64,000 bases of DNA from positions 6,335 to 70,334 of the forward strand of contig JAFGHM010000055.1 of the NCBI GenBank assembly GCA_016930135.1, given 5' to 3'. The position numbers were made by a program, and so were the translations under genes. Positions 57,001-64,000 of this stretch are shown piece by piece. Source of the DNA: Thermoplasmatota archaeon. GTDB taxonomy: Archaea; Thermoplasmatota; Thermoplasmata; UBA10834. Positions within the stretch are counted from its first letter, which is position 1. Every line of letters starts with the position of its first letter. The notes beneath the pieces were generated by a model, which saw only the letters and a program-made list of their open reading frames with translations, was not told where the DNA came from and did no database searches.

Positions 57001-59025
57001 CCTGATCATTAGTGTCGGCACGGAGATCGAGAGCGGGAACGAGTCCCCGTACCCGAGACTCGTCCATATAGCACCGTGGTCTGTCGAGTAGAGGTACTCC
57101 ACCTCTCCCGCCGTCAAGGTCTGCGTGACCGTCATGGACTCCCACATGAGGAACGCACCGGGCGCGACCTCTCGGGTCGTTATCGTGCCGTTCATACAGT
57201 GCGTCTCGTAGTGGCACTCAAATCCCGAGAGTATGGGGGACAGCCAGTCGCGGGCCGTGCTGAGCACGGCACGGTACTGGACGTACATTCCGGCGCCGCC
57301 GAACACCGCGCCGGTCTCAGGGCTAAGGGGAGTGCTCCATGCTCCCCAAGAAGGATCTGCAAGAGATGTCGAGTTGCCGGCCCTGGCACTGACCTCTAGG
57401 GCCGTCCCGTCACCCGAGGGCAGGATTCTCACGAAGTCGAGCTCGACGCACGGGTTGAGCGTCGAACCGCCTGAGAACACGAAGGGCCCCAGGCGGGCGA
57501 GGAGTCCCAGGTCGTAAGGGGGCGCGTAAGTTCCGACCGCGGTCCAGTTCATGCCGTCCGCGCTTGCGAGGCATCGGTATTCCATGAGGTTCCTCTCCAT
57601 GCGCAGGAAGGCCGTGGAATCAGACCATGGCATCGAGCCGAGGGAGGTCCTGACACCTCCGTTCGATGCCTCCGAGACTATCAGCTCAGCGCCCTCGCTG
57701 CCCGTGATGTACACCGAGACCCAGGTGACGGCATCGTTCATCACCATGAGCCCTGCGCCCATGCTGTCAGAGGCGAAGTACGCCCAGACCCGGCTCTCTG
57801 CCGCGAAGTCTCCCGTGATGTCCTGGTACAGGAAGTTGCAGGTGGCCGACGCGTTGGGCAGATACGTGGGCTGGGACCCGGTCACGTTGAGCCACCCTGC
57901 CCGGTCGAAGTTCACTGAGCCGCCTGAGGTCGTGGGGTCGAGCATCCAGTGCCACTTCGGCGAGAGACTCTCATTGTCAAATTCGTCTGATGCCCTCGAG
58001 ATTATGCCGGTGTTCCAGCTCGCGAGCGTGAACGTCGAGTTGGTGCCTGGTCCGAGGGGCGAAGACTCGTAGATGCCGACAGCCTCGCCAATTGTGTAGT
58101 TGATCACTAGCTTCGGCCTCTGCTCGGGTTTGTTGGTGATCTCGCAATCGGTGAAGATCTTCTCTGCGTCTCCCACCTGGGGTTTCGGATAGATTATGAA
58201 TCCATAGTTCGGCGTTGCACCCCTCAGCCACAGGTCCACGAGCCTGGTCAAATCGAACCCGTGCCATCCGATACTGTCCTCGACCGTGCCCGAGGAGAAC
58301 GACTCATCGGAGTAATCCCCCCCGATGTTGTTCCAGCTGTGTGTCAAGTCCTTGGTCATCCAAGAGACTCCCTGCTCGTCCCAGCTCACGTTCACCGCGC
58401 GGATGGAGTACTCTATGACCTGTGGCTTGCCAGACCTCTGATAGAGAAGGAGCGTGGCGTCCTTCACAATCGCATCTGCTGGAACCGATGAGAGGTTGAA
58501 CATCATGATGATCCTGCTCTGGCCGTTGTATGTGACCGCCGGGTCGTATTCAGAGTTGAGGACCAGGTCACCCTTGTCTGGGGGCGTCCAGTAGGGGAAC
58601 CATTCGTCCAGGTAGCTGTCAAAGCCCTCAGGGCCGGGCTGAAGTGTGATCGATTGCAGAGGCAGAGACGCATTGTCGACCGCCATGGAGTCTGGGACGG
58701 TTAGGAAATCCAGGTTCGATCCCGTCCCGACGAGATACTGGGCGGTCGAGTTCTCGCCGGTGGTCTCATTCAGGGCCAGGAGCTTGCCGAAGCCGCCCGA
58801 GGCGGTCGTGTTGTAGAGGTCGTAGTCTGCGGCATCCGTGAAGTTCCAGAGCAGGCTCCTGGTCATGTCTCCGTTGTCCCGCATATCGGGGTCGGCTGAG
58901 ACGAGAGGTCCACTCGTCGGCAGCGACATCAGGAGCATCAGGATGACCATGGCGACTGCAGCGGGTCCCCTGTACGGCACCCTTGCTCGTCTTGCCGCAT
59001 GGCTGCTAAGATCGGGGGGATTCAT
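54022..59025 (-). CDS. Very large surface protein: DNRLRE-like domain, lectin-like domain, Ig/cadherin-like repeats, TM, cytoplasmic longin/roadblock-like domain
   Basis: Signal/TM; SRIIMMFNLSSVP..A.V..ATL.LY...RPKLVINY; repeated D.D...L.....NDPP/NQPP cadherin-type units; TM, then VHDMMLIHNDGFLI...ILSGMLTAVLNFVEDS; ATG 59025 chosen as start. Confidence 0.88.
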   Translation of the reverse strand: MNPPDLSSHAARRARVPYRGPAAVAMVILMLLMSLPTSGPLVSADPDMRDNGDMTRSLLWNFTDAADYDLYNTTASGGFGKLLALNETTGENSTAQYLVGTGSNLDFLTVPDSMAVDNASLPLQSITLQPGPEGFDSYLDEWFPYWTPPDKGDLVLNSEYDPAVTYNGQSRIIMMFNLSSVPADAIVKDATLLLYQRSGKPQVIEYSIRAVNVSWDEQGVSWMTKDLTHSWNNIGGDYSDESFSSGTVEDSIGWHGFDLTRLVDLWLRGATPNYGFIIYPKPQVGDAEKIFTDCEITNKPEQRPKLVINYTIGEAVGIYESSPLGPGTNSTFTLASWNTGIISRASDEFDNESLSPKWHWMLDPTTSGGSVNFDRAGWLNVTGSQPTYLPNASATCNFLYQDITGDFAAESRVWAYFASDSMGAGLMVMNDAVTWVSVYITGSEGAELIVSEASNGGVRTSLGSMPWSDSTAFLRMERNLMEYRCLASADGMNWTAVGTYAPPYDLGLLARLGPFVFSGGSTLNPCVELDFVRILPSGDGTALEVSARAGNSTSLADPSWGAWSTPLSPETGAVFGGAGMYVQYRAVLSTARDWLSPILSGFECHYETHCMNGTITTREVAPGAFLMWESMTVTQTLTAGEVEYLYSTDHGAIWTSLGYGDSFPLSISVPTLMIRAELRTPDAAFTPSIDSIEVVYSISHAFFYVSAPETVQAGEPFSVYIEPKDSDNNTATWTGTVTLHAVDPWGMEGASGELAVTQADVPAGGQLTISDQRYHVAETIKVLVTGGGETGMSQGITVVPGPASYISIEPDVTRLAENSITVFNASVCDSFGNSLSGSSITWSADAGLGTINTTTGSTVTLTTVAWQSSGYLTASAAGLTKSLFILVSPPRLPPDIASDIPVQTKLEDSGSWTLDISPYISDEEDSLDQLRWYTTNETFVRVTGENRTGETIVTFTTIQDKCGINVLDLWVVDSDRMSSKGAIVVDLIPVNDPPKIDPIDPMIVRYDDPYQYNLEFYVKDVDTPKDDLTVSVDPVSAPYVHVSNLWLTILYPEQFNGTQQTVFLSVTDGEYTASTVILVTISDDQVPRALGSLPDQVMLQGEVKRGVFDLDDYFTDPDGSNLYYTNRNTHVGVLIQPNHTVDFYAPIDWAGDEYIIFTAKDEIGARAESPLRMKVISVNQPPTISDVPDLVVRYDLTYNFDLRPYISDQDNDVGGLVVTVDDPHAWTLGTLLSMQFPSSMDGMKVPLNITVSDGLLFDWWTINVTVSDDYPPELVMAAPSHSFLEDNPMDYPVSSHIEDFFTDTDNDPLTFSCFMSVPYVGAELMSTDGEWSVHFSTDENWYGSANLTLRATDPEGALVETTVPVTVVSVPDVPVLRLPDSLSVTQGSRSLLEANRNVTDPDSVLTDFRWTIDSLYPDFISTHGGIIVFDFPLGFLEDGEASRTITVTVTVIDQDNLVGTDNVTITVLKNVVVERQEPLLLVGLIASVSVAAILSAYAVIRRKKPFVVHDMMLIHNDGFLISRLAHRTENEIDENILSGMLTAVLNFVEDSMARSAESLKIFGFKEYQVLVSRGQKVFTAVVYRGDLPTGIEKTLKDFLNTVEKVYRKKLMVWSGDIETDFTGVEVLIHAWVKEHSHSHRRTTSGRSWVHESSQKATEQTADDRFTK

Positions 59026-59309
59026 AGAAGCCCTGCCGTTCTCGAAAGTGGCTGCAGATAGTCTAGGTTGCCTATGGCTATATAAGTGAGAGAGATGTCG
59101 ATATCTGAACTGATAATGCTGCTGGCTCCTTCTGGCGCTTCCTAGCCAGACTGTCTTGGATTCCGGAAATGAGCGGAAGAACGCAAACGTATTAGTAAGC
59201 AGCGAAAAGGGTGTTAGAACCGCTCTTGTGGTTGCCACCGGACGTCGACCGGTACTCGCTTGTTCAGTCTGTACCGTGGTCGGCCATCGTCCCGCTCCGG
59301 AGATGTCAA

Positions 59310-60377
59310 TCACCGCGAACAGAAATCCTCTATGAGGAATGAGAGCGCCTTGTCAGCGGTCTTCGGGACCTGCTGGGTTATGCAGTGGACCTCCCCGCCA
59401 CCGACTCCTATGTGCTCCGACCGGACACCCACGACCTCGTGATTCGGAAAGAGACCACCCAGGGTCTCGATGGCAGTCCTGTCGTCCGCCTCTCCAAACG
59501 TGGGTGCCACAATCCCTCCTCGCGCTATGAAGAAGTTCGTGTAGCACGGCGCAATCCTGTTGCCATTGATCTCCCTTCTTCTCGGCATTGGGAAATCGAC
59601 CACCTCGATAGAACGGCCTCTTGCGTCGCTCGAACTCTCCAGCAGAGATCTGCTGTCACTCAGTATCCCATGGTTCGGATCTCGTTCATCGTCCGTGGCC
59701 GCCAGCACGACGGTTGAAGGACGAACGAAGGCCGCGACGCCGTCTATGTGGCCATCTATCATCGACTTGTGGATCCCCTGCTTGAGCCAGAGTATCTTCT
59801 TGACACCCAGATGCGATTTCAGGAGATCCTCGACCTGCTCTTTGGAGAGCCCGGGGTTCCTGTTCGGGTTCAGCAGGCACGATTCGGTTGTCAAGAGAGT
59901 GCCCTCTCCGTCAACACAGATAGCCCCTCCCTCGAGGACCATCGGCGCGACATATCTCCTCGATTTCATCTTCTGTGACAGGATTTCAGGGACTTTTGCG
60001 TCCCTGTCATAAGGAGGGAACCTCCCTCCCCAGCCGTTGAATCCAAATTGGGCAATTGCGAACTCCCCTCTACTCGAAGTAATGAAGATAGGTCCATTGT
60101 CTCTGATCCAGGAATCGTTGAGAGGGATCTCGAGAATGGGGATGCTCCTGCCCACCGCCTCACGCGCCTCTCTCAGCGTTGATGGGTCGGATAGGACGAT
60201 TACCTGCTCGAACTCGTTCACTGCATTGATGACCTCCACATACTCTTTCTTCGCCTCCTTCGCGAAGCCGCTCCACGTCCCCTCATTGCACGGCCACGAG
60301 ACAAGGCAACCAGAATGCGGGCCCCACTCTGGAGGCATCGAGAAGCCGTCGTCTGCGGGAGTCGTCCCTTGTTCCAT
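59310..60377 (-). CDS. aguA: Agmatine deiminase (second paralog)
   Basis: MPPEW, WIRDNGP, LEGGAICVDGEGT, DGHID, GGGEVHCITQQ. Confidence 0.95.
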   Translation of the reverse strand: MEQGTTPADDGFSMPPEWGPHSGCLVSWPCNEGTWSGFAKEAKKEYVEVINAVNEFEQVIVLSDPSTLREAREAVGRSIPILEIPLNDSWIRDNGPIFITSSRGEFAIAQFGFNGWGGRFPPYDRDAKVPEILSQKMKSRRYVAPMVLEGGAICVDGEGTLLTTESCLLNPNRNPGLSKEQVEDLLKSHLGVKKILWLKQGIHKSMIDGHIDGVAAFVRPSTVVLAATDDERDPNHGILSDSRSLLESSSDARGRSIEVVDFPMPRRREINGNRIAPCYTNFFIARGGIVAPTFGEADDRTAIETLGGLFPNHEVVGVRSEHIGVGGGEVHCITQQVPKTADKALSFLIEDFCSR

Positions 60378-60645
60378 CCCCGGTCTCCTTCTCCAGGCTC
60401 ATCCGCCTCTTCTGGTGTCCCGGGCCAGAATCCGGATGGCCGTGAGGCTGGGTGCAATCGTCTTCTCTCCGCTATGTTTTTTTCTGAGGGAAGGCCTCCG
60501 GACACGATTCCGCATGTGCGATGCCATCTAGTGTTTCCTCGATCCGAGCGTCGATCTTCTCGCTGTACTGGCTCAATTCGAAATATCGAAAAATCGATCA
60601 TCAGTCGTGTCCGCGGAGTGCCGCGGACTCGAGCTGAGGAGGAGA

Positions 60646-60954
60646 GTGATCAAAAGACAGATTTTGGCTGCAGTGGTTTCGCTTCTAGTGGCAGTCATGG
60701 TCCTATCGGACCTGCCAGTGTCAACAGAGGCGAAGAAAGGAGGTATGACCGGGCTCAGCCAGGCCGAGTTGGATTTCGCTGAGGCGGTGGGAACGGGCGA
60801 GTACGCCTACGGAATCGACTAGGTGTACGCATACGAGTACGGCGAGGTCAAGATGGATCTGGGCTGGGCACGGCGGCCCTGGAACGTTGCTGTTAGCCAC
60901 GCCCGCCAGTGCGCCGAATTGGGGTTAAATGTTAACTACACGGACCGTGTTTGA
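60646..60954 (+). pseudogene. 5' fragment of a secreted protein
   Basis: GAGGAGG RBS, GTG start, signal peptide (KRQILAAVVSLLVAVMVLS); TAG at 60820-60822; the frame ends soon after. Confidence 0.55.
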
Positions 60955-60998
60955 CAGTGCGCACAACCGGAGATGGTCAGATAGAGGAGGATTCAGTC

Positions 60999-63005
60999 GT
61001 GAGCAGATTGAGCACGGAGGGACTCCGAGCGGTCAAGAACAGGCGATTGTACGCGGCCCCAGGGGTGAAGCTCATTGCTTTGACAGTTGTCGTCATGTTC
61101 GTTGGTATGAGCATCGCCGCGCTCGCGCCAGACGGAGTCACTCCAGCGAGGCATTGCTCTGAGAGCGGCTCCCTTCTGGACTTGGTTTGGATTGCTGAGG
61201 GCAATCAGACCGGGGCCAACTTCGGCAATTCAGTGGCCTCGGCTGGCGATGTGAACGGTGACGGCTATGATGACGTTATTGTAGGCGCACATAACTACAA
61301 CGGCGGCAATTCAAGCGAAGGCCGTGCGTTCCTGTATCTCGGCTCTTCTTCAGGCTTGTCCACGTTGCCATCTTGGACCGCCGAGAGCGACCAGTCCTAC
61401 GCGCGGTTCGGCTTCTCCGTGTCATCCGCTGGCGATGTCAACAATGATGGATTTGCCGATGTCATTGTCAGCGCCTATGCGTATGACGGCGGCGAGTTTG
61501 ACGAAGGACGCGTGTTCCTGTATCTCGGTTCGTTCTCGGGGCTCTCTGCGTCACCTGTCTGGACGGTCGAAAGTGATCAGGCCTATAGCTACTCCGGGAA
61601 CTCAGTGGCCTCAGCGGGCGACGTTAACGGCGACGGCTATGACGACGTGCTCGTTGCGTTTTCGTCCTACGACAACGACCAGATGGACGAGGGACTCGTA
61701 CATCTGTATCTTGGATCCGCTTCGGGGCCCAGCGCCGCGCCATCATGGACCAGCGAGGGCAACCAGTCCTTTGCATACTACGGCCGCTCCGTGGCCTCTG
61801 CAGGGGATGTCAACAATGACGGCTACGATGATGTCATCATAGGGGCGTACTACTACGACAATGGTGAGGACAACGAGGGTAGCGCCTTCCTGTATCTCGG
61901 ATCATCCTCTGGACTCTCCTCCTCACCCTCTTGGATTGGCGAGAGCAACCAGAAGGACGCTTGGTTTGGCGGCCATGTTGCGTCAGCAGGCGACATCAAC
62001 AACGACGGCTTTGACGATGTCCTCGTCGGGGCCGTGGGATACGACAACCCAGAGACCTACGAGGGTCGTGCCTATCTCTACCTCGGTTCCGCCTCGGGGC
62101 TGTCCGCCTCTCCAGCATGGACCGGTGAGAGCGACAACGCGAATGCGTACTATGGCGTTGTGTCCTCTGCAGGTGACATCAACAACGACGGCTACAGCGA
62201 TGTGATAGTCGGATCCTATCTGTACACAAACGACACAACTGAGGAAGGGCGCGTCTTCCTGTATCTCGGGTCTGCTTCCGGGCTTTCCACATCGTATTCA
62301 TGGACTGCCGAGGGCGACGAGTGGAGATGCATGTTCGGCAGCACGGTATCGTCCGCTGGGGACGTGAACGGCGACGGCGCCGATGAGATCATCATCGGAT
62401 CCTATGACTTCGAGAACGGCGAGCCTCACGAGGGCTGCGCTTATGTTTACAGCGGCCTCTACACGCCACCGCCGCCGACTCGGTTCGATCTCGCACTTGT
62501 GGCCGGCTGGAACCTCGTGACCGTTCCACTCGTGAACCACGGCTATATGGCCAGCACGCTCGGGCTTGCGGTAGGCGATGTCGTCGCCGGCTGGAACCCC
62601 GCGACGCAGAGCTACGACAGGAACTTCGTCGTGGGCATCTCACCGCCGCCGCTGGACTTCACAATCAACCCGAGCGAGGGATACTGGGTCTATACGGGCG
62701 CCACAAGGACGCTCGAGTTGTACGGTGAGACACCGACGGCGCCTCAGACGAGGAGCATCGTGGTCCCTGCGACCGGCGGATTCGCGATAATCGGCATCAC
62801 ATCGCTCGACGCGACCCTGATGGCAAGCGACGTCCCGGGCATGTACAGTGGAGGAAGCATAACAGTCGTCGACTCCTGGAACGCGGCAGCTAGCACATGG
62901 TGGGCCTACTATCCGGGCCTGCCGTTCACAGACTATCCCCTCACTCCCGGACTGGCCGCGTTCATCTGGTGCACTGAGAGCGGGACCTTTTCATATACGC
63001 CTTGA
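60999..63005 (+). CDS. FG-GAP repeat (integrin-alpha-like beta-propeller) secreted protein
   Basis: Seven SAGD(V/I)N(G/N)DG..D repeats of ~60 aa; C-terminal LVAGWNLVTVP...EGYWV domain; GAGGAGG RBS before GTG 60999. Confidence 0.92.
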   Translation: MSRLSTEGLRAVKNRRLYAAPGVKLIALTVVVMFVGMSIAALAPDGVTPARHCSESGSLLDLVWIAEGNQTGANFGNSVASAGDVNGDGYDDVIVGAHNYNGGNSSEGRAFLYLGSSSGLSTLPSWTAESDQSYARFGFSVSSAGDVNNDGFADVIVSAYAYDGGEFDEGRVFLYLGSFSGLSASPVWTVESDQAYSYSGNSVASAGDVNGDGYDDVLVAFSSYDNDQMDEGLVHLYLGSASGPSAAPSWTSEGNQSFAYYGRSVASAGDVNNDGYDDVIIGAYYYDNGEDNEGSAFLYLGSSSGLSSSPSWIGESNQKDAWFGGHVASAGDINNDGFDDVLVGAVGYDNPETYEGRAYLYLGSASGLSASPAWTGESDNANAYYGVVSSAGDINNDGYSDVIVGSYLYTNDTTEEGRVFLYLGSASGLSTSYSWTAEGDEWRCMFGSTVSSAGDVNGDGADEIIIGSYDFENGEPHEGCAYVYSGLYTPPPPTRFDLALVAGWNLVTVPLVNHGYMASTLGLAVGDVVAGWNPATQSYDRNFVVGISPPPLDFTINPSEGYWVYTGATRTLELYGETPTAPQTRSIVVPATGGFAIIGITSLDATLMASDVPGMYSGGSITVVDSWNAAASTWWAYYPGLPFTDYPLTPGLAAFIWCTESGTFSYTP

Positions 63006-63290
63006 GTGTGAATCGGGTATATCCAATATTAGACAGGATGACGATTGACGCTATTCCGGCAGGTTCCCAAACAGAGGTCGCACACGTCGCCTAGCCCTCG
63101 ACTTGAGCTCCTCCTGCTCCATGCTCCGTACCATGCGCAGAGCTGAGCGGCCTCCTTTCGGGGCTGCGCCCTCTCCGTCCTCGGCCTGAGACATGATCGA
63201 CGGGCTCCCGATCCATTCTGAATGAGTCAGGCGCCATCAATTCTTAAATATGCATACTCGGATGACTGATTCAGCTAACGGGGGAGGAGA

Positions 63291-64000
63291 ATGAGAATAG
63301 GTTTGGGAAAACGAGAGTGTGTCAGATTCGCCCTTGTGGGCATCTGCGCATTGATGTTGGTCGTCCCACTGTCGAGCCTTCCGGCGGCCGCGGGCCCGAA
63401 GATTACCTTGGAGACCCGCTCCACGTGGGACGCAGACATGATAAACAGCGACACTTCGGGATACACCGGAGAGGGAGTATACGTGGCAGTCCTGGACACG
63501 GGTCTCGCTCCCAACTGGAGGGACTACTTCCCGGCGGACCGGATAATGACCGACCTCGGGAAGGGGTTCAAGGAAGACCTGAAGTGGGACTCCAAGACGC
63601 GGACGTTCTACGAGAGCGGGAAAGTGTACGAGGTCAGCTGGATCGGAGATCTGGGTGCAACTCACGGCACGCACGTGACGAGCACGATCCTCGGCTACAA
63701 CTACTACGCCCCGGCAGATGCTCTGGAAGGATACCCGCTGTCGCCTGTGTTCGTTGACGGCATCGCGCCCGACGTGAAGGTGATTCCGGTGAAGGTCCTC
63801 GCGGACTACACGATCGGCAAGTCGAAGACCGACCCGATCGACTACCCTGACCAGAAGTTCGTCATGGGGACCGACCGCGCTGTCGCTGCGGGCATAGTAT
63901 ACGCGACCGACCTGAAGCTCGCGGGATACAGCCCGATGATTGTGACGATGAGCCTAGGCGGGCCGACCCAGGCGCCTGTCCTAGAAGAGGCGATCAACTA
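63291..64000 (+). CDS. S8 (subtilisin-like) serine peptidase, runs off the window end
   Basis: Signal peptide, GEGVYVAVLDTG (Asp), HGTHVTSTI (His), GIAP.V..IPVKVL, MSLGG; GGAGG RBS. Confidence 0.92.
   Translation, partial: MRIGLGKRECVRFALVGICALMLVVPLSSLPAAAGPKITLETRSTWDADMINSDTSGYTGEGVYVAVLDTGLAPNWRDYFPADRIMTDLGKGFKEDLKWDSKTRTFYESGKVYEVSWIGDLGATHGTHVTSTILGYNYYAPADALEGYPLSPVFVDGIAPDVKVIPVKVLADYTIGKSKTDPIDYPDQKFVMGTDRAVAAGIVYATDLKLAGYSPMIVTMSLGGPTQAPVLEEAIN

Noticed and set aside
59026-59313. N-terminal extension of the 1763-aa ORF
   Set aside because: Non-protein-like sequence covering a likely promoter region; the signal-like segment follows ATG 59025.
61230-62400. ~180-bp periodic DNA repeats as a CRISPR-like or DGR-like array
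   Set aside because: They are degenerate in-frame FG-GAP coding repeats; no spacers, cas genes or reverse transcriptase are present.

Overview
GC-rich archaeal DNA, most consistent with Thermoplasmatota/Thermoplasmata (inferred from GGAGGTGA-type ribosome-binding sites, PEF-CTERM-like sorting tails, small archaeal winged-helix regulators and double zinc-ribbon proteins). This is an accessory, patchwork region with no recognisable rRNA, tRNA, CRISPR array or transposase. Contents: a 4-gene ABC-2 exporter; amine/amino-acid catabolism genes (aguB-aguA, a second aguA, two pyrrolysine-free MttB-family methyltransferases each beside a stand-alone GAF-like gene, and a BKACE + Gfo/Idh/MocA + D-aminoacylase cluster); a cytoplasm-facing PadBCD-like molybdoenzyme operon with fdhD; a CcdA/thioredoxin redox pair; several large surface proteins; and several pseudogenes. 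The best novelty candidates are (i) two paralogous transmembrane proteins with cytoplasmic zinc ribbons, GxxNG repeats, exchanged distal domains and PEF-CTERM-like tails, lying downstream of a 1667-aa surface protein with a longin/roadblock-like cytoplasmic tail, (ii) a ~220-nt nested rod-like structured element at 42135-42354, (iii) the repeated MttB + GAF-like pairing, and (iv) a duplicated ~122-bp intergenic element. All family calls come from motif recognition by eye; no database search was run.
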